DNA of 64,000 bases from Candidatus Hydrogenedentota bacterium (GCA_963745075.1 CAVUWV010000020.1:96001-160000); one strand, 5' to 3'; numbered from the stretch's first letter, positions 1-10,905 are shown. The notes: generated by a model not told the origin, from the letters alone. Program-made: numbers and translations.

Positions 1-300
1 GAGATCCGCCGTTGCCAGGTGCTCCCATTGCCGGCACGAGCCGGGAAAAAGTTCGAGACAATCGTACGCATCGAGCAGTTCCCACAGGACCTTGCACGTC
101 TCCACGTCTTCCGCGAAACGTTGGACCAGTACCGCGTCCGGCGTATTCCCCTCGTCCAACATTTCCGGGACCGGCGACATCTTCTCAAGGATCCTGCGCC
201 GGACCCGGTCGCCGCCGAAGACGGTCATCATGTATCGCCACAACAGAAACGCGACAGCTAGAAGAACTACAATGCCTACGATGATCAGCACTTGCTTCAT
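1..300 (-). CDS. hypothetical membrane-anchored protein (partial, runs off the window's left edge)
   Basis: Read by hand, not in the ORF track: ATG at 300 after GGGGAAG; MKQVLIIVGIVVLLAVAFLLWRYMM... open to position 1; N-terminal hydrophobic helix. Confidence 0.65.
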   Translation of the reverse strand, partial: MKQVLIIVGIVVLLAVAFLLWRYMMTVFGGDRVRRRILEKMSPVPEMLDEGNTPDAVLVQRFAEDVETCKVLWELLDAYDCLELFPGSCRQWEHLATADL

Positions 301-446
301 CGTCTTCCCCCAGGGCGGCGCTGCATGCCCAGAATGCTACACCGGGCTACGCGCGCGTGATAACCTGTCCACACATGGTAGTGTACCATGCGGTGGCCAT
401 GAATCAGTCTTCACAGATTTGCCCGATTGCGTGTACAATAGCCTGT

Positions 447-671
447 ATGAGCATTGAAGAACTCGAAACGGAAGCGATGAAACTGGATCCCAAGGGCCGG
501 GCCCGGCTTGCGGAACGGCTTCTCGCGAGCCTGGAAAATCTGTCGGATGAAGAATCTGCAGTGCTCTGGGCGGAAGAGGCCGAGCGGCGCGACGCTAATC
601 TTGATGCCAACCCGAATATGGCCCGCCCCGCTGACGACGTTCTTCGCAACGCCTATTCCAACCTCAGGTAA
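447..671 (+). CDS. addiction-module antitoxin component (putative addiction module family)
   Basis: MSIEELETEAMKLDPKGRARLAERLLASL...W.EEAERR pattern; directly upstream of a ParE-like gene; TACAAT at 434-439 lies 7 nt before the ATG. Confidence 0.85.
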   Translation: MSIEELETEAMKLDPKGRARLAERLLASLENLSDEESAVLWAEEAERRDANLDANPNMARPADDVLRNAYSNLR

Positions 672-965
672 ATGGCAAGGGCTGTCTACCATCGGCTGGC
701 GGAATTCGAACTCAACGACGCCGCCCGCTACTACGAGCTTGAACGCCCGGGACTTGGAAAAGCGTTTCTGGACGAAGTTGGCCGTTGCACGCAACGAATT
801 CTCGAACTTCCTGAGAGCACTCCCGTGGTGCGCGGCAACGCGCGGCGCAAACTCCTTCGCCGGTTTCCTTACGCATTGCTTTAGTCGATTCAACCGTACG
901 GCATCCGTATCCTTGCCGTCATGAATTTGAAACGCCGTCCCATGTATTGGATCGACAGAGCGTGA
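672..965 (+). pseudogene. RelE/ParE-family toxin interrupted by in-frame TAG at 882-884
   Basis: ...RRFPYALL*SIQPYGIRILAVMNLKRRPMYWIDRA: ParE-like C-terminus continues in frame after the amber codon, where Tyr is expected, to TGA at 963-965. Confidence 0.8.
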
Positions 966-1020
966 TGGTATGGATTCCGGCAACTGATATACTTTCTCAT
1001 GACTCACCATTCAGAAGGAT

Positions 1021-2061
1021 TTACTTCGCCTCGGGGGTGAGGGAAATGGCGTAGTGTTCTTTGTCGGGATCGTACGCAACCGTTGCCGACTTGTAGCCGT
1101 CGGCGGAGGCCGCAATCCAGCCCGTGTGCTCTGGGTGAAAGACTTCGGTGTGGAAGTGCCCATTTTCATCGGTCTGGTTGCCAATTCCGCCCTGTGCCGA
1201 GGTGGGGAAACGGATGACCGGACCAACCGCAGCATGGGGGATTGGCTTTCCCGTCGAGGCGTCGGTGACGTCCGCGGTCAGGCGCACATTGGCCAAGCGG
1301 TGGTACAGCACGACCGTGCTGGCAGAGGATAGTTGGCGCATGACGGTGTGGTGATATGCGAAGGGATCTGGCGCGATGTATCGATTGCTATCGACTGTTC
1401 TTTCGGTATTCTCGACAATTTCGAAGGAGTAGAAGAAGTCGCCAGCGTTGGCGATCGTAAACCGGCCCCTTTCATCAGTCGAGAAACTCCCACAGCGGAT
1501 GGCTCCTCCGAAGCCCGTGTGACTGAGCGCGCAAAGGTCGACCGACACACGGATTTCGGTATTGGGTATTGGAAAGCCCCAATCGTCGTAAACGGCTATC
1601 TTGACAGGACGCTTGTCGGGCAAGGTTACCATCCATTCGACGGTGTCGCCGGCCGCAAGGGCGCAGCGCCGGCCATATTGCCAGTTTGTCGAGTCCGCGG
1701 AAGCGAACGACGGGAATGACCGGTCGAGGTAGGTCTCGGCGCGCGCGGGGTCCGGGTACCAGATGTAGAGGCCGGACAGCGCCCAAGGTCGGTCCTTCGG
1801 CGTCAGGACGAAGCGGTATACGCCGTAGCCGCGGTCGCCGTTCTTGACGCTTTCCCGGTTGTCGAAGGTCAACGACCGGTTCCCCTGGGCGTCCGTCTCG
1901 CCGACCGGTTGCACGGCGATGTTGCCGCGCTCAAGTTCGACCTGAAACACGGGCACGGCGGGCAGCGGGACCTTATCTTCACTTTGGACGGAAATGGTCA
2001 TCGTAGGCGACGCGGTGGCCCATACAGATCCCAACATGAGGACAATCAGGCCGCTGTTCAT
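1021..2061 (-). CDS. secreted protein with carboxypeptidase-regulatory-like beta-sandwich domains
   Basis: Signal-peptide-like N-terminus; 'VTDASTGKPIPHAAV...TDENGHF...ADGYK' motif. Confidence 0.65.
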   Translation of the reverse strand: MNSGLIVLMLGSVWATASPTMTISVQSEDKVPLPAVPVFQVELERGNIAVQPVGETDAQGNRSLTFDNRESVKNGDRGYGVYRFVLTPKDRPWALSGLYIWYPDPARAETYLDRSFPSFASADSTNWQYGRRCALAAGDTVEWMVTLPDKRPVKIAVYDDWGFPIPNTEIRVSVDLCALSHTGFGGAIRCGSFSTDERGRFTIANAGDFFYSFEIVENTERTVDSNRYIAPDPFAYHHTVMRQLSSASTVVLYHRLANVRLTADVTDASTGKPIPHAAVGPVIRFPTSAQGGIGNQTDENGHFHTEVFHPEHTGWIAASADGYKSATVAYDPDKEHYAISLTPEAK

Positions 2062-2101
2062 GGCAACGTCCTCGCAACCTTGGCTTTTCCCGCAAGCGTG
2101 T

Positions 2102-3190
2102 CTACTTCACCTGACTCGGATCCCAGATCGTGGCGGCGACATAGCGCCAGGGGCCGGTCTTGGCGTCGGAGAAGTAATAAACCACGACGCACTTCCCGTC
2201 GGGCCGCTGTACGGCCCGGGTGTAGCCCATATCACGGGTAGAGCCGTCGTCGCGCAGCACGATCTCCTTGCCCCACGTCTTGCCTTGGTCGTCGCTCAAC
2301 TTGGCGCAAATGCGGAACGGTTCGGCACGCACGCCGTAGTGCAGGCACAATCTGCCGTCTTTCAGTTTCAAGAGCGTCGGCGGATTGCCTTCGCCCAGGT
2401 CGTCGATTGGCGTACTGTAAAGTTCCCAGTACTTGCCGTTGTCGTGTGAAATCCAGGTCTCAATCCAGCGTTTCTCACCTTCGCGCCGTCGCACGGCGGT
2501 GAGCAGCGTGCGGTCATCCAGACGGACCGTCGATGGCATGATTCGGAACCCCTCGGGTTCAGGTCCGATCCACCCTACCACGTGCCACGAAGCGCCGCCG
2601 TCGGTGGTCTCGACGCACACGGTCCGTCCCTCTTTCTCGTCCGCCTTGGACGCCGTCAGAAAGAGCATGCAGGAATGCTTTCCGTTGATGATGTAGTCCG
2701 TGCGTGCGGCGATGCCGGGCGTCCCGAAATTCGGGAGGTCATAGGGGCCGCGCCACATCTTTCCGCGGTCGTAGGAGTAGTAATATCTTGACTGTCCCTT
2801 GTCGATGTCCGTGGTGCGCAGGGTCATGGCGAAATCGGGATTGGTGAAGTCGATGCCGCCGGGTTCGGCGGGGTTGTCCTTCGCGAGATTTGGAAACACC
2901 TCATGCGTCCACGTCAGGCCGCCGTCCAGGCTGCGAGCCATCATGTCGACGCTGGGTTTCGCGCGGTCAACGTTGGCACGGTCGGGACCGAGATCCTTGT
3001 AGTAACTCCAACCGTACCCCACCAGGATTTCGTTGCCCCAATGCCAGATACCCTTGTTCGCAGGCCATCCCGCAAAATGCCCTTCCTCGCACTGAATCTT
3101 GACGTTTACAACGTCCACGTTGGGCGCGGCCACGGCCATGACAGCCACCATTAACAACGGGAAAAGGGCGAAGAACGGAATTCGGTGCAT
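2102..3190 (-). CDS. secreted BNR/Asp-box (sialidase-fold) protein
   Basis: Signal peptide; repeated Asp-boxes SLDGGLTW, SYDRGKMW, TTDGGASW, SHDNGKYW, SDDQGKTW. Confidence 0.85.
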   Translation of the reverse strand: MHRIPFFALFPLLMVAVMAVAAPNVDVVNVKIQCEEGHFAGWPANKGIWHWGNEILVGYGWSYYKDLGPDRANVDRAKPSVDMMARSLDGGLTWTHEVFPNLAKDNPAEPGGIDFTNPDFAMTLRTTDIDKGQSRYYYSYDRGKMWRGPYDLPNFGTPGIAARTDYIINGKHSCMLFLTASKADEKEGRTVCVETTDGGASWHVVGWIGPEPEGFRIMPSTVRLDDRTLLTAVRRREGEKRWIETWISHDNGKYWELYSTPIDDLGEGNPPTLLKLKDGRLCLHYGVRAEPFRICAKLSDDQGKTWGKEIVLRDDGSTRDMGYTRAVQRPDGKCVVVYYFSDAKTGPWRYVAATIWDPSQVK

Positions 3191-3378
3191 GGGATGGTCT
3201 CCTGCGAATACGGGAGGTTCGTCGAGTATATTTCAAAAGGCGAGTATACTCGCCGCGAGCCTACCGCGCCAACAGTCGTCCGGGATTTGTCCGAGATTCC
3301 AACGAGAAATGACCATGCATTGTGGCCGAAGATCCATTAGTATGGGTCGCTCGACAAGTAAAGTAGAAAGGACGGGTT

Positions 3379-4813
3379 ATGAGTTCGGGGACGTCGTCGC
3401 AGAAACCTCGCGTGCATTTTTCCGGCATCGGTGGAACGGCCATGGTCGCGGGAGCCCGGCTGGCCCTGGAAGCGGGTTGGGAAGTGCGCGGAAGCGACAA
3501 CCCGCTGTATCCGCCTACGTCAGACATGGTTAAGGCGCTGGGGGTACCGGTCGTGGAAGGATACGACGCGGCGAACCTGGACTGGGGTCCGGAACGTCGT
3601 CATCATCGGCAATGCGTTGAGCCGGGGGAATCCCGAAGTCGAGGCGGCGTTGGAGCGCAAGCTGCACTACGTCAGCTTGCCGGAATGGATGAAAGCCCAC
3701 GTGCTGCGTGCGCGGCGGCCGGTTGTGATAGCGGGCACGCACGGCAAGACCACGACCACGGCGTTGGCCGCGTTCTTATTGGATGCCGCAGGCTTGGCGC
3801 CGGGATTCCTCATCGGCGGTCAACCGCTGGACTTCCCCCACTCCGCGCGGCTGGGCGTGCCGGGCGTGCCCTTCGTCATCGAGGGCGACGAATACGACAC
3901 GGCTTTTTTCGACAAGCGCGCGAAATTCTTTCACTACCTGCCGGAAGTCGCGGTGGTAACGTCTCTCGAGTTCGATCACGGCGACATCTATCGCGATGTG
4001 GAAGAGATCGAGCTGGCGTTCCAACGGATGTTGCGGCAAATCCCCCGCACTGGCCTGCTGCTCGTCTGCGCCGATCATCCACGCGCACTTGCGCTGAAGG
4101 ATCGCGCGTACTTCCCCGTGGAATCGTACGGCTTTTCGGACCATGCGGATTGGCGTTTCGACGCAACGCCGGGCGCAGACGGACTTATGGACATGACCGT
4201 CCACCATGTGGAAAACAGGTGGGGGCAGTTCCGAGTGCCGCTGACGGGACGTCACAATCTGCAAAACGTGCTTGCCGCGATTGCGGTTGCGGCGCGATTC
4301 GGCGCAAGCCCCGAGGTGTTGGCGGATGCCTTACCCACGTTCAAGGGCGTGCGCCGCCGTATGGAGATCTTTCTCGAGGCGAAGGGCATCACCTTCGTGG
4401 ATGATTTCGCCCACCACCCCACCGCCATTCGGGAAACCATCGCCGCGGCACGAATGCGATGGCCCGGCCGGCGACTGTGGGTACTATTCGAACCGCGCTC
4501 CAACACCACGGTCACGAACCATTTCCAGCATGAACTGCGGGATGCGTTTTCGGGAGCCGACATCGTCTGGCTGGGATCGATCCATCGTGCCGATTCGATC
4601 GAACCGGCACAACGCCTCGACCGAGACGCCCTGGTCGGGGGACTCCGGTCGGATGCGGTGGATGCAACTGCGGCGGATCATATCGAACAGATCGTCGATG
4701 CCGTTGAGAACACCGCCCAGAAGGGCGACGTGATATTGATCCTGAGCAACGGCGCCTTCGGGGGCATCTATCGGCAATTGCGCGATCGTTTTCATACCAC
4801 CACAGACGCATGA
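3379..4813 (+). CDS. mpl: murein peptide ligase Mpl/MurC family, frameshifted at ~3593
   Basis: N-terminal HFSGIGGTAM in frame 3379; IGNALSRGNPE, GTHGKTTT, EGDEYDTAFFDK and DDFAHHPTAI in frame 3431; one extra A in GGAAC (3593-3594) splits the frames. Confidence 0.85.
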
Positions 4814-4965
4814 CGGATTTGCGTCACAACGGCGGGTAGTCTCTTCCATTCGTCATTTGTTATACTGCGCGCCTCATATATCAGGCGCGTCAATCGGTGA
4901 AGGGCTGTCATCGCCGATTCGTTCCCATTCGTTAAAGCCGGGAACAACTGAAGGAGAGGATTGCA

Positions 4966-5742
4966 ATGCGCACGAACCCTGTATTGTTGATTCTGAGTCT
5001 ATTCGCTGTGTTGGCACTTGCGGGAATCGGATGTTCCCCGGGCGCGCCGCCACCGTCTGATACAACCCAAACCCCGGTCCCCCCACCGCCTTCACCCGTA
5101 CCGCCGTCCCCGGAGAAGCCTACGCAGGCGCCCGTCGCGCCGCCGGTGCTGCCTTCACAAACCCCAACGTCGCCCGCTCCTGTTCCGGCGGCTCCCGCCG
5201 TTGTGGCGAAACCTGTCAATCTGTTGACGAACGGAAGTTTCGTGCAATGGGACGAAGGCCAGGTCGCGCCGCGCCATTGGACGATCGGTTACGGTTTTGC
5301 GCGCGACGCGATGCCGTACGAACTGGAGCCACTCGAAGATCCGAAGTACGACGACGGCCATGCGGTCCGAGAAACCTGGAAAGAGAACGACACCATGTTC
5401 GGGTTTGGGAAGGTGTTCGGACAGACCATCGGAGATCTGAAGCCAAATACCACGTACCGTCTGGATATTGTCGCCCACAACGAATCCGAAAACCCGGTGA
5501 TCGTTTCCGCGTTTGAAATGAAGGGGTTTGAACCGGGCCGCGTCGCCTCCGGTACGCCGGGTGAACGACTGGACTTGGTTGTGACCGAAATTACCCCAAG
5601 CCCAGATCTGGGGACGTATAAAGGCACATTTACGACCCAAAAGCTCGGCGCCGTTAAACTGGGCGCGCGCATCGAGGGCAAGAATCCATCATTACCGGGC
5701 TCGGTGGTCTGGGACAGTTGGACGCTGACCGAAATCAAATAG
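4966..5742 (+). CDS. lipoprotein with Pro-rich linker and carbohydrate-binding-like domain
   Basis: Lipobox-like AGIGC, Pro/Ala/Thr linker, then NLLTNGSF motif; RBS GGAGAGG. Confidence 0.7.
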   Translation: MRTNPVLLILSLFAVLALAGIGCSPGAPPPSDTTQTPVPPPPSPVPPSPEKPTQAPVAPPVLPSQTPTSPAPVPAAPAVVAKPVNLLTNGSFVQWDEGQVAPRHWTIGYGFARDAMPYELEPLEDPKYDDGHAVRETWKENDTMFGFGKVFGQTIGDLKPNTTYRLDIVAHNESENPVIVSAFEMKGFEPGRVASGTPGERLDLVVTEITPSPDLGTYKGTFTTQKLGAVKLGARIEGKNPSLPGSVVWDSWTLTEIK

Positions 5743-5757
5743 CGCCACCCATGCAGG

Positions 5758-5805
5758 AAAAAAGTGCCGCACATTGCTGCCAGGTGATGTGCGGCGCACT
5801 TTTTT
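5758..5805. terminator. bidirectional intrinsic terminator
   Basis: AAAAAAGTGCCGCACAT...ATGTGCGGCGCACTTTTTT between convergent genes. Confidence 0.75.
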
Positions 5806-5850
5806 GAAGGACCTGATGCGTGCGATCGGTTCGTCGATTTCGTTGGGAAA

Positions 5851-7119
5851 TTAAACCGATTCGTTCAACGAATCCGCCGCTTTACGCTTGAAACGGGCGA
5901 GGAGTTCGACGTGTTCGGTGTGGGGGAACATGTCAACGGCTTGCATGGCGATAAGGTCGTAGTGGGCCAGCAGGGTAGGTATCTCGTCAGCGAGGGCCCG
6001 CGGTTTGCAGGAGGCGTAGACGATTTCAGGGGGCTCCAAGGCGACGAGCCGTTTCAACGCTTTCGGGTGCAACCCCGCGCGCGGCGGGTCGACGACAACG
6101 AGACTGCTCGATTGAAACGCCTTTTGCGCGTGGAGGGTGTCACGCAGATAGTCCTCCACCTTTTGCGTGATGAAGACCACGTTGTCGACCCCGTTGACTT
6201 CGGCGTTGTGCGTGCCGTCGACGGAAGCGTCTTCGACGCTTTCGACGGAAACCACCCGGTCGACTCGGTCGGAACAACTCAGCGCGATCCCGCCGGACCC
6301 GCCGTACAGGTCGTATAAGAATTGGGGACGGCTCTCCTTCACCCATTCCCGAACAATGCCGTACATCTTCTCGGTGGCGTAGGTGTTGGTTTGAAAGAAG
6401 CTGAAAGGCGATAACCGAAACCGAAGGCGGCGAGGCTCCGAACCATCGGGAACTTCGAGCACCTCGTCAATCGTCGGCTTCCCTTCAAGCACGGTGATCG
6501 CGTCGGCAGCGGCGATTTCGGCGCGGCCCGTAAAAATGGCGTGTTGAATACTCTGGCTGGGGAAAGCGTCCTGAACCGTCCGGACGAAGGACTCCGTATC
6601 GAGTTCGTCCGCGTTGGTGATGAGCACGACCATTCGCTCGCCGGTCCGTTTGCCTTCCCGGACGAGCAGGATGCGCAGGAACCCGTCCCGCGCTTTGGAG
6701 CTAAATGCCGTTAGCTCGCGTTCGCGCGCCCAGTGTCGAACCCCACTCAACAGCGAGTCAATTCCTTTGGGGCCGATGTGGCATTCCTCGATGTCAAGCG
6801 TCCAGTACCACTTACCGGCGCGCTTGAATCCCAAAACCGTCTCGCGGGGAAAATCTTTCGGGGGCGGTTCCGGATAATGTTTGCGCCCGAAGTTCAGGTC
6901 CAGCTTGTTGCGGTAGTGCCAACATTCCGGTGAGGGCTCCACCAAAATTGGATCGGTCCAGTATGCTTCAAAAAGCTGACCCAGTTTCTCACTTTTTGCC
7001 TGGACCTGCCGATCGTACGGCACATCCTGAGCCGAGCACCCCCCACACTCGCCAAAATAGGGGCATCGTGATTCAACTGGCGGTGTCGACTGCTCTGGTT
7101 CGGAATCTTTGTTCACCAA
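5851..7119 (-). CDS. rlmD: 23S rRNA (uracil-5)-methyltransferase RlmD/RumA family
   Basis: CPYFGECGGC Fe-S motif, SFFQTN, DLYGGSG, DPPRAGL, SC, DMFPHTEHVE. Confidence 0.9.
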   Translation of the reverse strand: MVNKDSEPEQSTPPVESRCPYFGECGGCSAQDVPYDRQVQAKSEKLGQLFEAYWTDPILVEPSPECWHYRNKLDLNFGRKHYPEPPPKDFPRETVLGFKRAGKWYWTLDIEECHIGPKGIDSLLSGVRHWARERELTAFSSKARDGFLRILLVREGKRTGERMVVLITNADELDTESFVRTVQDAFPSQSIQHAIFTGRAEIAAADAITVLEGKPTIDEVLEVPDGSEPRRLRFRLSPFSFFQTNTYATEKMYGIVREWVKESRPQFLYDLYGGSGGIALSCSDRVDRVVSVESVEDASVDGTHNAEVNGVDNVVFITQKVEDYLRDTLHAQKAFQSSSLVVVDPPRAGLHPKALKRLVALEPPEIVYASCKPRALADEIPTLLAHYDLIAMQAVDMFPHTEHVELLARFKRKAADSLNESV

Positions 7120-7262
7120 GGACTTTTTCCGACCGGTGGAACGCTCATCGCATGTCTCTCCTCATTGGGGATTATACCGATGTGCGAGCGGTGATGGAAA
7201 AGGACGTAAACGAGAACTTGATCCGCCCCATTCGAAGTTCTAGGATGCCGGGACAACGCACT

Positions 7263-8144
7263 ATGAGCATCGAAATTACCCAAGATATCGCGCGCGCGCT
7301 CCTTCCTGAACGTCCGTCGGGCGGGCATAAAGGAACATTCGGCCACGTATTGATCCTGGCGGGATCCCGCGGTTTTACGGGGGCGCCTCGACTCGCTGCG
7401 GAAGCCGCGTGCCGGTCCGGCGCCGGACTGGTGACCGTTGGTGTTCCGGCGTCCCTATCCGATATTGTCGCCACCATGTTGATGGAGGCCATGAGCCTGC
7501 CCCTCCCGGCGACCGAGGCTGAATCGTTTTCTCACGATGCCGTCAGGCCCGCGTTGGAGGCTGCAAAGTCGCGGTCGGCGGCTGCCTTAGGGCCTGGGAT
7601 TTCGCAGCATGACAGCACGCAGCGCTTCGTCGCGGAATTTGTGGCCCAATGCCCCGTTCCGCTGGTGGTGGATGCGGATGGGCTGAACTGCCTGAGCAAT
7701 TCCCTGGACGCGCTCAGGGATTGCTGCGTTCCGGTCCTGCTAACCCCTCACCCCGGTGAGATGGCTCGCCTGGCCAAGTGTTCCACAGCGGAGGTCCAAG
7801 CGCATCGTCAAGAACTGGCTGTATCGTTCGCAAAAGCGCACGGTTGCGTTGTGCTCCTCAAAGGCCAAGGCACGGTCGCCGCGGCGCCGGACGGGGCGTG
7901 CAGCGTGAACGCAACCGGTAACGCCGGCCTTGGAACGGGCGGAACGGGCGATGTGCTGACGGGGCTGTTGGGCGGTTTGCTTGCGCAGGGAATGGAAGTA
8001 TACGACGCGGCGCGACTCGGGGCGTTCGTGCACGGTCTCGCTGGAGACATCGCCGCACAACAGCGAACGCAACGAGGCTTGATTGCACGCGACGTCATCG
8101 ACGCTATCCCTGCCGCGTGGCGCAACTTGGAAAAGGAAACCTGA
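7263..8144 (+). CDS. nnrD: ADP-dependent NAD(P)H-hydrate dehydratase (stand-alone carbohydrate-kinase-like domain)
   Basis: HKGTFG, GPG, DADGLN, TPHPGEM, GGTGDVL; start placed at ATG 7263. Confidence 0.88.
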   Translation: MSIEITQDIARALLPERPSGGHKGTFGHVLILAGSRGFTGAPRLAAEAACRSGAGLVTVGVPASLSDIVATMLMEAMSLPLPATEAESFSHDAVRPALEAAKSRSAAALGPGISQHDSTQRFVAEFVAQCPVPLVVDADGLNCLSNSLDALRDCCVPVLLTPHPGEMARLAKCSTAEVQAHRQELAVSFAKAHGCVVLLKGQGTVAAAPDGACSVNATGNAGLGTGGTGDVLTGLLGGLLAQGMEVYDAARLGAFVHGLAGDIAAQQRTQRGLIARDVIDAIPAAWRNLEKET

Positions 8145-8147
8145 GCG

Positions 8148-9131
8148 ATGCGGCGCCTGAGCGATGTTGGGGAATTCGGTTTCATCGATCGACTGTCGCG
8201 GCTCGTGCCGACCTCACCCTATGTTGTGGAAGGCATTGGGGACGACTGCGCAGTCCTGCGTGTATCCGATCGCCTCATGCTGGTTTCCACCGATCTCTTT
8301 ATTGAAAACGTCCATTTTCGGCGGGCCGGGATTTCCCCTGCCGACATTGGTTGGAAAGCTGCCGCCGCGTGCCTCAGCGACATCGCCGCCATGGGCGGAG
8401 CGCCGCTGTATTGTCTCACGTCGTTGGCGTGCCCGGCATCCGAACGGACGGCATTCATCGAGGGCATCTATCAAGGCATGTTGAGCGCTTTGTCACGTTT
8501 TGGCGTGGTCATTGTGGGCGGCGACACGACCCGAGCGCCCGAAGGCGTCACCATCGACGTTATGGCGATTGGTGAGGCGATCGGCGGGCGCTTCCTGCGT
8601 CGACGCGGCGCCAAGGTCGGCGACTACATCGTGGTAACCGGTGAACTGGGAAGTTCCGCGGCCGGGTTGCATGCCCTCACGAACGGGATCGACGACCGCG
8701 ATCTCATTCGCGCGCATATGTATCCGAGTCCACGGATTCTCGAGGGTCAGTGGCTCTGCGCACGCCCCGAAGTGCATGCCATGCTGGATATCAGCGACGG
8801 GGTATGCCAGGACGTCACGCATCTGGCTAAAGCGGCCAGACTCGGGGTCGATCTGTTCCCCGACCACCTGCCGGTAGCCCCGCAGTTGGCTCGCTATTGC
8901 GACGAGCATGGATTGGATCCACTGTCGTTCATACTGACCGGGGGCGAAGACTACGAACTCATCTTCGCGATCGACTCGACGCGGGCCGACGATATCCTGG
9001 AAACGTTCCATCACGAGTTCCACGCGGCCACGACCGTGGTCGGCGAGGTAACGGACGCGTGGACCGGCGTCCGAATCTGCGGAGAGTCGCCGGAAACGGT
9101 CGGATTCGACCACTTCAAGCAGGCCGAGTAA
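8148..9131 (+). CDS. thiL: thiamine-monophosphate kinase
   Basis: GEFGFI, GIGDDCA, SDIAAMGG, GGDT, DISDG, GGEDYEL, GFDHF. Confidence 0.93.
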   Translation: MRRLSDVGEFGFIDRLSRLVPTSPYVVEGIGDDCAVLRVSDRLMLVSTDLFIENVHFRRAGISPADIGWKAAAACLSDIAAMGGAPLYCLTSLACPASERTAFIEGIYQGMLSALSRFGVVIVGGDTTRAPEGVTIDVMAIGEAIGGRFLRRRGAKVGDYIVVTGELGSSAAGLHALTNGIDDRDLIRAHMYPSPRILEGQWLCARPEVHAMLDISDGVCQDVTHLAKAARLGVDLFPDHLPVAPQLARYCDEHGLDPLSFILTGGEDYELIFAIDSTRADDILETFHHEFHAATTVVGEVTDAWTGVRICGESPETVGFDHFKQAE

Positions 9132-9267
9132 GCCCGGAAGCCACCGCAATCTTGCCCGCTTGCGTAATCGGCGCGAACCCCAATTCCGGATATCTGAGAT
9201 CTCAAATTCAAGACCTCAGACTTGGCAGGCCGCGACCGCTTTCCCGTCCGAGCGCGAACGTGGCGCC

Positions 9268-9834
9268 TCAGGGTGCGTTGCCCTTCTTCCACTTGATGTT
9301 GCACCCCATGCTGGGCCGTTGTTCGGAAGGAACGGGTTTGCCCGCCAGCACGGTATCCAACGCCGCCCGCAGATCCTTGCCCGTTACCGGAACGTCATTG
9401 CCCGGCCGGCTGCCGTCGAGTTGTCCCCGGTAAACGAGCTTCCGATCCGCGTCGAACACGAAGAAGTCCGGCGTGCAGGCGGCGGAATATGCCTTCGCAA
9501 CGTCTTGCGATTCGTCGTATAAGTAGGGAAACGTGTAGCCGCGCATCCGGGCCTCTTCCGCCATCTTTCCGGGACTGTCGTCGGGGTGCGTCGTGACGTC
9601 GTTGGCGCTGATGCCCACCACGGCGACGCCCTTGTCCTGGTATTCCTTGCCGAGCCCGGCGAGTTCGTCCGCGACATGTTTCACATACGGACAATGGTTA
9701 CAGATAAACATTACGAGCAACGCCTTAGCATCTTGGAAGTCATCGGACGAAACCAGATTGCCTTGCGTATCGGGCAGACGAAAGACCGGTGCCTTGGTGC
9801 CCAGAGGAATCATCGTTGAAGGTGTCAATACCAA
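9268..9834 (-). CDS. thioredoxin-like (AhpC/TSA) protein
   Basis: FICNHCPYV, ACTPDFF, SMGCNIKW. Confidence 0.9.
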   Translation of the reverse strand: MVLTPSTMIPLGTKAPVFRLPDTQGNLVSSDDFQDAKALLVMFICNHCPYVKHVADELAGLGKEYQDKGVAVVGISANDVTTHPDDSPGKMAEEARMRGYTFPYLYDESQDVAKAYSAACTPDFFVFDADRKLVYRGQLDGSRPGNDVPVTGKDLRAALDTVLAGKPVPSEQRPSMGCNIKWKKGNAP

Positions 9835-9996
9835 TTGTCAGCCCTCCTTCTGATGCGGGGAATTGCGCTTGTGCGGGGTTGAATCACGCTTTCATGGTAG
9901 CGCAGGCGGGAAGGACTATGCGAATTGAGACGGAATGCGTGCGCCCGCCCTCGCTCTGTACACAAGCGAGGGCGGGCGTCTGGGGAGAGGAGAGGT

Positions 9997-10884
9997 CTAT
10001 TCAGATGGGGCTCGACCGGTCCGCTGCGTGCGCGACTTGGTCGTCGATTTGTACGCATTCAGATACGAATCGATCCGTTGGAGCCAACTCGTATCCAACC
10101 GCAGTTCAATCGAATCACGCAGACTCTGCGTCGGCGTCACCTGCAAATCCTGCTGAGCTTGTGGGTCGAACGACCGGTAAATCGAGCGCGAGTCGAGGTT
10201 GACGTCCTTGACCATCGTGTTTCGGCGAATGGTCAACGGCGCTTTGGCCCCGCGATCGAGTGCTGCGGCGCGCTTAAACGTGTTCGGGTCGGTCCCGTAC
10301 TCGTAGAGGAACACCGGACCGTACGCGCCGGTCCCGACGTCGACCTCCTCAAAGTACAGGTCCGTACCGGATTCGTAATCGAGCAGCGCGTCAAGCCAAT
10401 CGAAGGGCAATCCCGCTTCGTAGTCGTACGCGCCGAAGACGCGTCCTTCCGAGAATCCGTCGTTGTACCCGTCTTCCCAACCGCCATTGTCGTACTCGAC
10501 GTGCTGGTCGTAGTACAGGAAGTCCAGGTAATCGGGCCAGAATGCATTGTCGTACCCTTCGCTGAAGCCCAGGATAAACGCATAGTGGTAGTCGACGAAG
10601 TATCCGTCGTTGTACGCGTACCACACGCCATCCCAGTAGCCCGCGTCATACGGCGGCGAATCAAGGTACGGGATTCCGCTCGTGTCATAGTAGATGGGAC
10701 TGTACCCGAGCGTGTCGTACCCGTCGTAGTATCCGTCCCAATACCAATCGTCGAGCGCAAACCCATCATCGAAGCCCTGATCATAGGAACCGTCGGTCGG
10801 CGTGTCGGACGGACAGCCCGTCCCGAGTATCACCGCCGCCGCGAGTATCGGCATGCATAGAAGCAGTCTGATGTTCGTGCGCAT
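9997..10884 (-). CDS. Tyr/Asp/Gly-rich lipoprotein
   Basis: Lipobox-like LGTGC; repeated G[YF]xxG[YF] motifs; RBS GGAGG. Confidence 0.7.
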   Translation of the reverse strand: MRTNIRLLLCMPILAAAVILGTGCPSDTPTDGSYDQGFDDGFALDDWYWDGYYDGYDTLGYSPIYYDTSGIPYLDSPPYDAGYWDGVWYAYNDGYFVDYHYAFILGFSEGYDNAFWPDYLDFLYYDQHVEYDNGGWEDGYNDGFSEGRVFGAYDYEAGLPFDWLDALLDYESGTDLYFEEVDVGTGAYGPVFLYEYGTDPNTFKRAAALDRGAKAPLTIRRNTMVKDVNLDSRSIYRSFDPQAQQDLQVTPTQSLRDSIELRLDTSWLQRIDSYLNAYKSTTKSRTQRTGRAPSE

Positions 10885-10905
10885 GGCTTGTACCTCCCGC
10901 CGCCG

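Noticed and set aside
882..884. Amber recoding (pyrrolysine or alternative genetic code)
   Set aside because: TAG ends several normal genes here (e.g. plsX, fabG, fabF), and no pyl genes are seen.
9182..9222. Short degenerate heptamer-like repeats (also ~37583-37610)
   Set aside because: Too short and degenerate to assign; probably simple intergenic repeats between convergent genes.
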